In this document: positions 37,669-51,962 of the stretch, in pieces
How the letters are laid out: every line of letters begins with the position of its first letter
Position numbering within the stretch: position 1 is the stretch's first letter
Origin: Trichosphaerium sp. ATCC 40318
Taxonomy: Eukaryota; Protista; Tubulinea
Assembly (NCBI GenBank): GCA_038496445.1
Contig: JALMLS010000074.1
Coordinates: 163,715 to 227,714, forward strand
Direction: 5' to 3'
DNA length: 64,000 nt
Position numbers and translations under genes: made by a program
The notes under the pieces: generated by a model
What the model saw: only the letters and a program-made list of their open reading frames with translations
Database searches by the model: none
Told to the model about the DNA's origin: nothing

Positions 37669-40600
37669 ATGTTTTATGGTACGTATTGTACAGCGCTTTC
37701 ATTGTCTAATTTGTATAGCTGTGAAGTGTAGCGTGCGCTATGGTTGTGTCCGTAGGTCAAATGTCCCATCAGTTTCGTCTACTCCACGCTGGCGGTGTTC
37801 TTTACGCGTAATTGGCGCTATACAAACCGGTAGCATAAAAACAAACGCAAGTGTAATTAAACGGACCACATCGACAACACCTGACTTTACTGGCGCCCGC
37901 ATTACTGTTCAAAAGCAAAATACCAGCGAAAGCAGCGATATTAATCGGATTGTCAACGAAACGGGAACAGAACAAACCAAACCATCAGAAACTCGCCGTG
38001 ATAAAACCTTCAGCGAGTCTAACGAAGTACACAACTACCCAAACAAAAAAGCGGTTGCATCAGTCGTTCAAAAACCGAACAAAGGCAGATCATCAAGTAC
38101 GTTCAAACAACTGTTCGGAAGTTTGTTTTTTCAAATTCTTATTACTACTAGATAAGTACCGTGTACCTGAGAAGTCAAGTCACCAACATTATATTGAACA
38201 AGTAGATAAAGTAGAGACAAAAAAGATTAAGAGATTTAAGACAGATGTATCTGTCGCTATTCTTCCTAGAATACGTGACCCACCAACATCCAAGCATATT
38301 GAACCTTTAATGACAATCAGAGGTACGCATAAGGAGGGTGTATACTCACATAACTTCAAAAACGAACTAGCTCGAAAACAAAATAAAACACGTGTCAAAT
38401 GTTTTCTCTTTTCTTTCTCGCTCTTTTTTTTTTTTTTTGGTTTTTATTTTGTGTATATTCTCCTATCTACGTCTACGTTTACTTTGTCGCTAATTCATCT
38501 CTTAAGAGAAAACGTATTTGATCTACATGAAAAATAAAGGAAGCCCTAATCGAGATCCATTCTCTCACTTTTCGTGGGCGTTTTCAAGAATAAAGGACTT
38601 TGATATGGCAGAAAAAGAGTTTATAGAACTTAGAAAAGAACATTCTTCTCCAAAAACTATAGTAGCATACAATACGATACTACCATTAAGCCCAAGTATT
38701 GATAAAACAACAGAACTATTAAAAATGATGTCAGAAGATAAACTAGAACCAGATATAATTACATACAACTCACGTCTTCGACTTTCAGCGAGAGGAAGAG
38801 ACTCAGAAAAAGTTCAAGATTTATTAGATGAAATGAAATCAAAAAACATTGAACCTGGTTCTATTACGTACAACATACTTATGACATACTATAAGCATGT
38901 AGGTGATATAAAAAATGTTGAATCTTGCTTTGAAAAAAAGAGTAAAGATAACTCTCTTAGTGTTCCTGATTATGATGTTCTCATAAAGTCTTATACACAA
39001 GAAAAGCTATATGACAAAGCACATGATGTCATAACAGAGATGGAAAAAAAAGGAGTAAAACCTGATATATACATCCTTCGTCACATGCTTAACACATCAA
39101 CTGAACAAGGCGACTGTCAGAGATCATTGGATTACTTAAACTTAATTCTAAGCCAAGACATGCACCCAAGCTTTCATAACTGTGAGAAAATTATTGAATT
39201 GCTTCAAAAGAATAATGACTTAGAGAATGCATTGATGGTTTTTGATAGGATAATAGAATGTGGGATGACGCCAAATATTTATGTTTATCATTCTTTAATC
39301 AAGCTTCATAAACATGCACCAAAGAAAGCCGCTGGGTATATTAATGATATGAAGAAGTATAATATTCATCCAAACACTAATACGTATAATATACTACTAG
39401 AGGTAACGTTATTTCTTGATGCTCAATTTTTTTTTTTGTTTGGAAACAAAAAATCCAATCTTCTCATACAACGAAGACTACACAAGTTTTTGCGATTTTT
39501 CTTCATAGCTATAACATTAACATTGAAATCTTCAAAATACTTTTGATAACCTCTTTTATACTTCTTCACGTGTGCTTTATCGCCGTGTCACATCTTTTTT
39601 TATCTTGGTACTAACGTTCTTACCAAAATAGGTATTTATAGACAAGGGTTGGTACAACCGCGCTGAAAAGATTTACGCCGAACTTAAAGAAAAAAACTTA
39701 GAGCTAAACCTATACACATATCACGCATTACTACTTCTAGCTTCAAAAAGAAAACAACAACAAAAAGTAAAAAAACTATTCCAAGAAATGAAAAAATCAA
39801 ATATCAAACCAACAAACGTAACATACTCGATTATAATGAAATCGAACCCAGATGGTGCTATGGACTATCACAAAGAAATGACCCAAAACGGAATATCACC
39901 TGACTTGCATACATATAACTTGCTACTACGTGAGTGCTCTCGTAAAAGTATGACGAAAAAATGGAGCAAACTCATGCAAGAAATGAAGGTACGATAAAAA
40001 AATACAAAAATCACGTGGTGATTACTGTAGATGCTGATATGCGTTTATTCTTCTTTTTTTCTGATTTTTTTGTTTCGCATAGGGAGCAGGGATTAAACCG
40101 AATAAGATTACTTATAATACAGCTCTTTGTGCTAGTGCGCAACCATTTGATCTTATTGAGGAGATGAAGTCAAAGCGGATACAGCCTTGCATTGCTAGTT
40201 ATACAGCTATTATTACGTCACATGAGGAAGATCCAAATACGGTGCTACGCTGCTTGAAGGTAGTAAAAGAAGTACGTTCACTTTGCACAGTCCTCACTTT
40301 CAATTGAAAAACCTTCATTGAAAATACTTACGAGCTTTGATGAGTTGGTTAATACGGATTGCTTGCAAACGCAAAACTTCAAAAAAAAAACTCAAACAAA
40401 TCTTTTTTTTTTTAATTCTTATCGTTATGTTGAGTCCTCAGTATAAGTTTTTATCCTTTGGTGAATTCGTTCAAACCCAACCCAACCTTTTATCAACAAT
40501 GGAACATTAAAAAACGCACCATGAAAGCAATAAACTAATGAAACTAAATAGGAAAACATACGAGCTGATCGTGGATTCTATGTACTTTTAATACAACTAA

Positions 40601-40746
40601 TGACACGCTTATTACCAGAGTATCCTATTGGAGAGATTCCTGAGCGTGCACCAAAAGGTAGTAAGAAACCTTTATCAGATGAAGAGAAACTTTGTTTAAA
40701 TCGGTGGTTGGAACAAGCAAGCCATGTCTACGAGTCACTGCCTTGA
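37669..40746 (+). CDS. Pentatricopeptide repeat (PPR) protein, probably mitochondrial
   Basis: Repeated PDIITYNS / PGSITYNIL / PNTNTYNIL / PDLHTYNLLL units, and an Arg/Ser-rich N-terminus MFYAVKCSVRYGCVRRS. Confidence 0.93.
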
Positions 40747-41173
40747 ATACAAAAAAAAAAAACCAAAACCAAAACATTCATTACAATACAATTTTTTTAA
40801 TCTGTACGGCTTTCTGCCAAAAGAGACAAATAAAGAAAGAAACTATAACAGCTGTTATAACTGTTATAAACAATAGCGTACTACTGAGCATAAGGAGAAG
40901 TTTAACTGTAAACAAATAATTTGTTGTCACTGTTTTTTGTTGAAATAATATTGTTCATGTGTACTTGTTCAACAAATAACTTCAGAATAGCTTTCAGCAA
41001 AAAAGTTGCTGTGATTGCGTGTAGGACCGTGAAACCTATCTCGGGAGAATAAGGAACACGATATCCGCCTTTTTATGAGCGTATTACAGTTTGTTTTAGA
41101 GTGGTTTAAATGTGACAATGAAACAGTACCCTATGTAGTACGATCTGAATATGAACTTAGTGCAATAAATACT

Positions 41174-43754
41174 ATGAGTTACAACATTTGTAGTGAGATA
41201 TGCAGTACTGCGTTTGAGATTTCAGAATGACTTCAACTTTGGCTATTTCTTTACTGTTTTTATTGTTCACGCCAAAGAATTCGATACATAATTTGCTTAT
41301 AGTGGTAATAAAAGGATGGTACAATGCTGAATAAGTGCTTCGTTACATACTATTTGTTACTTTCACAAATGAACGTAACCTATTCTGGCCTAATAGCTGT
41401 GTCACTGTAAAGACGATGTTCTTCCCATTGACAACCTTGCAATAAACTCTATTATCTATATTCCCATATGGGTGCAAAGGAAAGGTTTCAACTAACACAC
41501 CTAAAAAAAAGAAACCAAAATTAAAAAAAATAGGTTCAAAGACAAATAGCTCATTTGTTTACCTTTCTTTATATCTAGTACAGATACTATTCCATACTTA
41601 GGGTCATTATTGTATATTGCAAGTAATATATTATGTCTAAAATCTATATGAACAAAAGGAGAATATCCGTATCCAGGAATGTTGATTTTTTTCAATGAAT
41701 ACTTTCCTTTAACCTTGTTGGTTTTCATGTCATAAACATAAGCATTACGTCCGTAAGCATAGACCAAGCAATCTAGGTGATATTAACAATGATATTTAAG
41801 TCATAGTATTACCTTGTTGTGGGTAGTACTGCGGTACACAAGACGGAATGATATGGCTCCAACAAATAGTTTCAATTTTTTCAGTAAAAAAAAAGAACAA
41901 GTCAATTGTTCGTTTTCTAATCAGGATCAGGAAAGGTCCATGTAATTCTGAGTGATATAAAGTTGCTTCTCTAACATCATCTTTTATAGATTCATAGACA
42001 ATATCAATCCTACACTACAAGAGAATACCTGTAAGAAGAAACTCATACATAGAAAAAAACCACAAAAAAAAAAAGGAAAAAAACATGGAAGACTCCTCAC
42101 ACTCTTCAAGACATTTTGAGCAAGTAAAAAACTTTTATTTAAAGATAAACAAGTAGGCATTCACTCATTATAATTGTGTTGTTCAGTAAAAGAAATAATG
42201 ATGGATACTTTATCAAAAACAAAAAACAATTGAAAAAAAAAAAAGTATCAAGTACCTTTGCATCGTTATCCCATCCATAAACTACTATATTTTTTTCTAA
42301 CAAAAGCACAGCACCCTGTTCTATGCTTCCTAAAAGTCTAGTAGTACTAAATTTTGGCAAACTAACAGACATCTTCTCCTCATACCTTAAAGCAATTTTA
42401 GCACCCCTATCGGTAGAAAATACAAAGATGAACACAGAAAAAAAAACATACACTTTCTTACGAGCTCCCAGAATAGAATAGTACACCAATGTTCTATTAT
42501 TACTGTAATCCTTCGTCTATTACAATAATGAAGATAACATAACTCATTTCGCTGACCTTAAAAACTTACCAATAGCGCAACATGTGTTCGCCCAACTGAT
42601 GTCTCATCTGTTGGTGCGCAAGGTGGTTTTAATCTACCATATAACTTACAAGATCCTCTAGTGATTTTATACAGCGACAATCCAGTAATATCTCTATAGT
42701 AAAGAACTGTGGCAGTTTTACTATTCCCTATAAAAATATATCAGTAAGAGACGCCTTCTTGAAAGAAACTAAAAAGAAAAAAAAAAAAGATAAAGAACTT
42801 TTTGCTCTGTACTCTTTTTTCGAGGTTCTAGCAAACGTTTCTATTCGGGTATTTTAATCTTTTCATAAAATTTATAAATTTTCAAATCACGTGCGATTTA
42901 CATGTATTCCTGCGATGAACAAGGCTAATGTTTCGAAAACTTTAGTGTACACCACATTTGAAGTGTTGTGGCTTTCTTCTTTTCCATTAAGTTCTTCTAT
43001 ACGTGCAACAGTGCATTCATGTTCTGTAACATAAAAAGGTCTAAAATTTTTCACAGGCCGGGCACACACCCATGAAGTCTTTGGAGCAATGTCCGTTTCA
43101 GATGCAACGTCAAAATACAAAGGTGCATGCCCTTTAGCTATGACCTTAGCACGTTGAATGCGACTACACACATTGAGCAAATATATTGACACGCTATAAA
43201 CAAACACTCTTACCGCTTCCAGTACAAAGCTGTATGGTATGGACGGGCCTACGAATAGTTTTAATAAATCTGAAAAAAAAAACCTATATCTTACCATCGC
43301 TTTCCAAGTATCATATGGAGAGCACGTGGTCCGGTTTTCAGGTAGCATTTTCTTCCAGAACATATCATCTAACGTCCAGTTTAACCAATCCTTACATACG
43401 CCACTACAGAGCTCTGTTACAGAAGAAAAATCAAATCATAAAACAAACCCAATGAGTGCGAGCGTTACAGGTGATAAACGGAACCAAATCAAGCATAAAC
43501 ACTCTATAGGCAAAGAAGATATATGTATACCACCTTCTACGCTCTCTGATTCTACTTTGTCGGTATTGTCTTGTATTTGAGAGGGTATCGGTACATTTTC
43601 GTCTGTAGATGGCTTAGGAGCTTTTTTTTCGCGTTTTTTCGCTTGTCTAGCTAGTTTCCGACCCTCTTTGCTAAAGGGGTTAACTAATCAGTGTTATTAG
43701 TCTCTAAAGCTATGGGTATTGATTACCAGGCTCGTCAATGTCCCAATCTGCCAT
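41174..43754 (-). CDS. F-box protein with a beta-propeller-like C-terminus; 3' end approximate
   Basis: MADWDIDEP start, F-box ISSLPIE|...ELCSGVCKDWLNWTLDDMFWKKM, and beta-strand-rich downstream exons. Confidence 0.7.
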
Positions 43755-44008
43755 TTGATAGTAATTGCGTTTAATGGACAACGATTGGCTAAAAATAGGT
43801 AAAAATAACACAAACGGAAACAGGTTGACTTTAGTTGGGTTCTGAGTTAAGTTGTTGGCTTTACAGCTTTATAACGCCTTCGTTGTGTTTTAATCCTTTA
43901 GTTTCAAACTGGTACACAATATCTATGTAAGGTTACTATGCCATCAGATTAACAAACTTTTTTTAATTTCTTTTTATTATTTTGTCTTTGTACTTTTTCC
44001 ACAACGGG

Positions 44009-44800
44009 TTAAATAATCTCCAAGTTATAAGGACCATAAGCAATAAGTATTAGACGTGTCACAGCCAAACCTTTAGAAAAGGTAAACAAGAATAAAACAG
44101 GAAATTTCCAAAACTAAACAAGCTGCTGTACCTATATGACCCATAACGCAATGAATCTGTTTATTTTTACCTTCATGACATGTTGTCAGAACCCAAGAGT
44201 TTATACCTAAAACATTAACATCGCTTAGGGCACTACTCAAAGAAACAAAAAAAACCAAGAAATAAATTGACTAAACTTGGTGTCTTTCTAGCATTCCATC
44301 ATTTGTCAGTAGAAGTAAACCTTCTGTTGTGACATCAAGTCTACCTAGAACATCGACTTAACATAAACGATAGTAGCCAGCTTTTTTATGGTGTAAATGT
44401 AACCAGTGCGCCTAGGACCATTTAGAGATTGTTTGGTTTTTAAACAACGCACTGTATCTTCACCAATTGCCACGATTTGCTTTTCAGTTACATTGAACGC
44501 TGGCGATTGCACTATCTTAACATACTAGTGGTAAGACAACTGCAGTGGGACTGAGACTCAACAAAGACATTGAATATCACGTGAACAGATTTATTGTTTA
44601 CGTGAACACTCGATGTTGTAAGTGTGGGTGTATATTGCTGTAGATGGTATAAGCCATCCAAAGTTTCTTGACCAACCGGTTGTTGCTCTTTGGTTTTTGT
44701 GTTTTGGTACTTCCTTGTATTTCCAGCCCCTCTACATTTGTTGGAACATATTGAAGGTTAGCAAATTGCTTCAATCTAGCTAGTAGAGTTTTTCCTGTAA
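44009..44800 (-). pseudogene. Degenerate RsuA/RluB-family pseudouridine synthase fragment
   Basis: Exon 44278-44345 reads GRLDVTTEGLLLLTNDG. Later exons read NSWVLTTCHEGKNKQIHCVMGHIG and GLAVTRLILIAYGPYNL. The middle of the domain is missing and the exon phases clash. Confidence 0.75.
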
Positions 44801-45114
44801 AAAGTACAAACTCTGTGAACAGATAAACATGGGAGAAATAGGAGAAATGCATTGTGTGGTTGTTCTAGCAAATAGCCCATTTTCTCCTAGACCTCACATG
44901 ACAAAGAATTGCTCAGCATGCGATTGTTATATGAGCCCGTTTAGAATTCACCTTTCTGAATTCTGCATCCATTCTAGCTGGACGACAAAGGGGTGCAGAT
45001 TATTGATGTTGTTTCACGTGAACAAGTACAATGAAAACAAAACGGAAGTTCCAAAGGATAGTCACCCAAAATCCAACAAACTCAGTTTACAACAATCAAG
45101 CAAACAACAACATC

Positions 45115-45616
45115 ATGACAGCATCTCGCAACAACTTCATCTCCATTGAAATTGTCCTTATGCTCTGTATCGCTTTTTCATATGCCGATCTGCCACAGGA
45201 CCTGAACGCTGCAGTTGCCAAGTACTTTGAAGTCTTTACACTCATTGAAGAACGTACAAACCATATCCAACCGACTGTACTTCATCCAGGAAGATGCTAT
45301 TGGCTCGTGGTTTACTACAGAAGCACTCTCTCAATTCCTATTGAATAGAGCTCAAATACGTATTAAAGGATTCGAATACCCTGGTACAAAGTTCTACACA
45401 GAGTCAGATTGCACCGGATTGATCGGCACAAGAACAGCAATCAATGAACCAAGATTACTTCCAAACGACGATCAGAAGACAAAGTTTGCGTACTTTACTG
45501 TTGACAGAAGAACCACAGGAAGTCCGATAACCATGGGAAAGTACGCAGAGGTTGAGCCAATGGGTAATAACTGGTGTAACTTAAGACTTGGCACTAGTGG
45601 CCCTTACAAGTGTTAA
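45115..45616 (+). CDS. Small secreted protein of an unknown family
   Basis: Signal peptide ...IVLMLCIAFSYA-D. A 40-nt GT...AAG intron (~45253-45292) would join the two ORF frames. A decayed paralog at ~49845-50185 supports coding status. Confidence 0.65.
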
Positions 45617-45977
45617 AACCTTCGCAAGTGAACAATAAACAATGTTCCTCCTTTAATACAGTCTTTAAATTCGTTGCAAATGCTTTTACAAACACGTTAA
45701 TGAATGCACTATGCCATTGCTTTGCTGCACACTTGCTTAGACTCTCCTCGCTTAAAAATCTCGATCAATCAGAGGTTTCGTGCCTATCACGTGTCTCATC
45801 ACGTGGCCTGGGTAAGTTCGGTTTTTTTACCTGTAATAATAACAAAATAGAACGCAAGAGCTATTCGTAAACCAAGAAATAGTAAGATTAGACAAGTTAG
45901 TTCGAACTTTCTTCCTTAATTACGAATTCGTTTCTCATTAAGACCACAAGGAACATTTCATCCGTTACTACAATAAA

Positions 45978-47415
45978 ATGGCAGCAGAACAAAAAATGAA
46001 ATACGCACGGCTTGGAAATACAGGGATTAAAGGTTAATGAAACAAATGAAAACCGTTTAGACTTTTTTATCCTATCTGCTCCATATTTTACACTAAAACT
46101 ATTTTAGTATCCCGTATTTGCCTTGGTTGTATGTCATATGGAGATCCAAAATGGAGATCATGGGTTTTAGACGAAGAGGTTGAACTTTTCTTCAAACTTT
46201 TCAGAGTTGTTTTTTTATTTTTTGGTTTAAGGCTAGCATGCCGTTCATAAAACGTGCTATCGAACTCGGCATTAATTTCTTTGATACCGCTGATATGTAC
46301 TCGAAAGGCGTAAGCGAAACAGTTCTTGGTAACTGCCTAAAGAAAATCGGTTCGTGTTCTTTAAAAACCACGTGACTTTTGCTAAAACTGGGAACATAAA
46401 GGAGTTGAAAGAGAAGATGTTGTGATTGCCACAAAAGTTTTTTTCAATGCTGATGGCAAAATAAACCGTGGAGGGTTATCGAGAAAACATATTATGGCTT
46501 CTATTGATGCATCTCTTAAGCGATTACAGATGGATTACGTTGACTTGTACCAAATACACCGCTGTAAGCATACAAGTCTCTCGCTCTGTTACTCTAATAT
46601 ATTCACTAAAAGGGGATAACGATACACCTATTGAAGAGACAATGGAAGCACTCCATGATCTTGTCAAGTCAGGAAAGGTAACTATTTCGCTAGTTGTTTA
46701 ATTGCCTTTATCGAACCTATCGTTAGGTACGATACATTGGTGCTAGTTCGATGTATGCTTGGCAATTCGCAAAAGCTCAAAACATTGCGAAAGAACGTGG
46801 GTTCACGCAGTTTGTTTCAATGCAAAATCACTATAACTTGGTGTATCGTGAAGAAGAACGTGAGATGAATCCGCAATGTGTAGACATGGGTGTAGGTTTA
46901 ATCCCATGGAGCCCTCTGGCACGTGGATTTCTTACCGGAAGTAGAAAACGAGGCATGAATTCTTTTTTTATTTTCTGAGAAGACTTTGTACTTATCTTTG
47001 TTGTAGATGGTGCCAAGGCAACTGAAAGAAGTAAAACTGACAAGTTTGCGGATAGCATGTACTTTGAAGATTATGATTGGGACATTGTTGATAGAGTGGT
47101 AGAACTAGCGAAGGAAAAAAATGGTATGTAAAATTTCTTTTTGGTTTTTTTTTTTGTTAATATTTTTCTGTTTAAGTGTCCCCTGCTCAAATATCTTTGG
47201 CTTGGATGCTGAATAAACCAGGAGTAGTTGCGCCAATCATAGGTAACGTGTATTTTTGATAATTTGATAAGCACTAAATGCTTCAAAAAGGCGCTACAAA
47301 ACTACCTCACCTTGAAGAAGCCGCATCATGTGTTAGCATTGAACTCTCAGAGAAGGACATGAAGTTCTTAGAGGAACTTTATAAACCTCATCCTGTACTT
47401 GGAAAGCTCCAATAA
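45978..47415 (+). CDS. Aldo-keto reductase (YajO-like)
   Basis: [56 protein letters not shown] and PWSPLARG. Confidence 0.95.
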
Positions 47416-48151
47416 AGACTTCATTATAGTATTGAATAAATGATGTTACAGTTGGTCAATTTGCTTTAAATGTTCGTGGAGAAAACACGTGACACTTATA
47501 AAATTGAATTGAATACTACGGCATCCTAAGGTGTCCGTAATTTCGTTGCATGGCCTCTATGCAAGGAAAATACATCAACAGTTGTGAGAAGGTGGAGATC
47601 CTTAGAAATCGCTAAAAACAAAGTTGTTGATGCCTTTTCACCAATTTTTACCGTAAAGCTAGATTGGCTATTAGAAATATACGAACTTTGTACCACTTGG
47701 AAGGGGCAGAGTGCGCCCTTAAAAGTATGCAAAATCTTAGAAAAAAACCAAAATGACATGCCACTTTTTTTCTCTAGCAACCGTTTTAGCTTTTAATCAA
47801 AACATAGTGTTGTTTTCATAGGCCCAGTAGTAATACAACTGTTAACGGATCGATACCAACTCAGCGTGTATGCGCTGAGAAACACGGTGCAAACTTTGGA
47901 CTAGCACCACTGGGTCTTTTTTTTGTGAAGACCGTTAAAAAAGTTCAACTTTTTTACCTTTCATTGAAGCCTTAGTTGTTTCTATAAAATTACTACACCT
48001 GCCAGTGGAAGATGTCAAACTACGAAATACAACCTTGAGTCTATAGAGTGCGATTAACCACAGACAGACATGGTTGAACTGTTTTCAAAATCAGCGAAAT
48101 TTCCGAAAAAAGAAAAAATGGGAATACACAAGCAACCTATAAACACCCAGA

Positions 48152-48930
48152 ATGTCTCTACATGAAGCTGTTGAAGATGTACGTTGTACTTTTAAAACTG
48201 TTAATCACTTATGATATTCGTAAAGGGAGATATTGACGCTGTACGCGCTTTACTAGACGAAGGCGCCTCAGTTACAGAATTAGACGACTTTGGTTTAACA
48301 CCTATTCATAACGCAGCGGAACAAGCCAAAACCGCTATATTAGAGCTCTTAATTAATAAACTTGAATCCACAGATGCATTAGTATCATTCACGTACGAAA
48401 AAACCGTAAAACTGTTAAAAGCGGTTAAATTAATACCAACGCCAATTGTAGGGATGAAAACAAATGCACAGCGCTCCATTTTGCATGTTTAGGAGGTTCA
48501 AAAGACACAATTTCAATGCTCCTTAAAAAATGCCCTAGGAGTACGTTTTGTTTGTCACCTTATATAGTATGTTTACGCTCAAAATAGCCTGTTAACTGCT
48601 CAAGATTCGACTGGTGCGCAATGCTGCCATTACGCAGCAAAAAACGGTTCAATCGACATTCTCCCACTTGTTTGTACCGCTGAAAATGTTAATGCAACGG
48701 ATACTAACGAATGGACACCGCTACATTACGCTGCAGCAAATAACAACGTAGATACTATTAAATGGCTTATTTCTCAAGGCACGTTAAACGTTTTCGCTTA
48801 CGTAACCCTTACGAATGGTCTAGGCGCTAAAAAGGATATAAAGGCACGCGGTAGAACAGCTTTAGAATTGGCAGAGCAAAGATCATTCTACGATTGTATA
48901 CAAGCCCTTGGAGGAGATACCACGCAGTAA
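48152..48930 (+). CDS. Ankyrin repeat protein
   Basis: GLTPIHNAA, CTALHFAC, WTPLHYAA and GRTALELA. Four introns, one of them GC-AG. Confidence 0.92.
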
Positions 48931-49170
48931 AGTACGACGTAAGATAATAATTAGAGCCAAAAACGCGCGTTTTACGAAATTAAGAAAAAACCCGAGTGAG
49001 AGAGTTAAGAATATGCAAACGTACTGTATTCATTAATGAAATGACTCACTAAAGGGTAAAACAAGTTTGTAGTTTACAAAAAGAAAAAAAACAGTTTTTG
49101 AATAAAACTCGGCCAAGTCTTGGTTTATACTACATTATTTACATTTTTACACGCTACACAATACAAGGAA

Positions 49171-49389
49171 TCAGTCTCTTGGAGCTAATGAGGCATCGAC
49201 GGACTGTAAGCAGCTCCACACGTCTTTTTGTAAAGTGAGTTCAAACCGGGGCTTTTTTACCCGTGGTTGGGCCGTTGGCTGTTCTATTGCGTCTATTGGC
49301 ACGTCGAGATCAAAGTAAGGATTGTACACTGTGTTCGTTGTGTCTACTACCCGATCGAAAGCAGGTACTCGTTCTTGCGTTTTATTCAT
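49171..49389 (-). CDS. Possible small protein
   Basis: A 72-aa ATG-started ORF with protein-like composition and no recognisable domain. Confidence 0.3.
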   Translation of the reverse strand: MNKTQERVPAFDRVVDTTNTVYNPYFDLDVPIDAIEQPTAQPRVKKPRFELTLQKDVWSCLQSVDASLAPRD

Positions 49390-49844
49390 GTTGTTTGGTA
49401 GTTCTTTTTTATTTTACTGGGGATAAGATGGGTTATGTTACTAAAAAAGCGACAACTAACGTTTCTTGACTTCTCTTGACTCCCCATATTACCCCGCCTT
49501 TGTTGTTTACGCTGTGTAGTTAATACACTTTGTAGAATTCCAACAACCATGTTCCAAACCCAAAAAAAAGTTCACTGAAGGTTTTAACGCAACTTATGCT
49601 CAGATCAGGTAATAGTTTTCTGTTTTAGCAATAAAGGAAGTTAAATTATTTCCCCGACCGGTCTTACTTACTCAAGCCATCGTTTCTACGCATCTCCTGT
49701 GTTGTTGACGTTTTTGGCTGCAAGTATGAAGTTTTTAACATTTTGGTCATTGCATCTAAAATAAGCAACCGAGTTTCTTGTACTAGTACCTTGCGAGCAT
49801 TATTCGCTAGCCAGGTCTGTTTTGTACAACGCACCAAGCAGCTC

Positions 49845-50185
49845 CCATCGGCGTATTTACTCAAAGTGATTGGACTGCCTAGTGCTAACATCAACAGTAA
49901 AGTACAATGACTTATTGTATGAGGTCCACTTGGAGGCAAGCTTGGTTCGTACCTATCAATCCAGTACAGCCGGACTCTGTGTAGAACTTTGTACCAAAAT
50001 GCTCATATCCCTTCGCACGTATTTGAGCTCTGTTCTTTTGAAACTCATGTAGGGGCTTCTGAAATATATCCTCGTGGACATGGCGTTGTTGAGGTGACTG
50101 ACTTACGCGGTTGTTGCCTTCGATAATGTATAGACTTCAAAGTACTGGGCAACTGCAGCTTCAGGTCTTGATAAATATCTGCTTT
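49845..50185 (-). pseudogene. Frameshifted paralog of the 45115-45616 secreted protein
   Basis: The reverse strand gives AAVAQYFEVYT, NRAQIRAKGYEHFGTKFYTESGCTGLIGT, YFTVD and GSPITLSKYAD in different frames, with small indels. Confidence 0.8.
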
Positions 50186-51962
50186 TGTAGAAAGTCGATT
50201 TTTGATCTGGTAATGTTGTTTAGTTTGTGTTTGATTGTTTAAAATGAGGTTGGCAGCCTTTTTTATTTAGTGCGATTTTTTAATGCTGAGTCTGTGGAAC
50301 TTACATTGTACTTTCATTGCAAGGTGGATTGCTGCACTACTTTCTATCCTGTGAAAATACATCCTCGTTAGTATCATGTCAAATGAATTCTTTTTGAGAC
50401 GATTGTCAATGGTTGTTAAATATCTTAGGTGATGACTGAAATGGTCGTACAAACGCAGAGGCGAATCACGATATTTAATTGTCCTGATATAGTCTTCGTG
50501 GCCTCCACGAATCACTAAGTTACAATTTACACGTAAACATAAGTCATAGTTCAAGAACTTTGTTTCAGCTAATTAAATTTATCCGTGCTAGGCTAGCTAG
50601 CAGCACCTATTGTTTTGGTGCAAATACTGGCACTCATAAGAGCATTAGGATAGTACAATATTTGGTGTATCTCTACTCTTTGGGAAGGGAGCGAACACAA
50701 GAAAATTAAAGGAAAATACCATGGCTGAATATGCGATCAAGAAATGCAGAGTGAGGAACTATTCAAGTTACGTACTATACTCAATAAAACCTGGTATATG
50801 CCAAGTAGATATATTACGTTATTAGGTGTAGCTACTAGAATCATACATAGTTGTCCAATCTGGTACAATAGTGATCAATAGTGTCTTTGGGTTTTTAAAT
50901 AATGATTCGATGTTAGCACTCATACTCTCTATCACAACGCTCTTCATTGCCATTGGCCTTTCCTCTCGACTGTTCTAAACTTGAATGTACGTAAGATAGT
51001 TCAAGGAGTAAACATTGATTGTAAGCAACAGTTGGTAAATACGACACCTCTTACTCAGTTGTACGCTTGTTTTATTTTAACAATGCGATTGATTCGTGTA
51101 AAACACAACCCCAATTGTCGATACCATTGTATTGGTGTTTATCATTATTAAGGACATGATAGGCTGTGGGTTTTCACGAAAATAAGGGTATATCCGTAAC
51201 TTACTGGCTTATTAAATTATCTGTATGTGGCCAATCTTGTCATAAAGTAGGTGCGACAATTTCAATCCTAAAGTCTAACCAGCTAGGCAATAGTAAATCT
51301 GGGCTGTGTTCTAGATGGTCAACAAACTCATACTGCGAAGGACGGTACACAGAAGAAATAAGGTCTGTTGGATATTTCAAGCTTGGCAGCAAAAGTAATA
51401 CTTGGGTTGAGTTAACAGAAGACTTTGGTAGCAATATTGAGGACAAATCAACTATTTACCATTTCGCTGTACAAAATATGTAAGTAGGAAATTTTTTAAC
51501 TTTTTAGAAGATAATGGTAAGGACTGTTGGAGCTTGCACTATTCCTAGTAGTCGGAAAAAAGGCTTCTATGTGTTATTGTGTGGACAATATCAATTTATT
51601 GCATTTGTTGGTATTTGTTTTATACCTTGTGCTGGACTAAAGCATAGGTACATATCTACTTAGTCAATACCAACTTACCGAATGGTATCAATGTTGTAAA
51701 ATGGCTGTTAAAATGACCACCTTGAGTGTTATAAATAAAAGCAATAAGCTTCATCGCCACTATGTTTTGACATTGCACAATTTCACCTTTGACGAGCTGT
51801 CTAATGAGCACTGACAGATAGCCATAAACTTTCATTAAAGTATTGCTTCAAAGCCAGTGAGGCTGAAACTGAAGTTGAAACAACTTGATTTTGTTGGCAC
51901 GTTTAACTGTGTAGACTTCTTGTTTTTTCAAAGTGCTATAGCCCTTTCACTACTTTACAACT

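Noticed and set aside
49845-50185. Missing single nucleotides as evidence of insertional RNA editing
   Set aside because: The indels are heterogeneous (losses and gains), and neighbouring genes need no editing. Pseudogene decay or sequence error is simpler.
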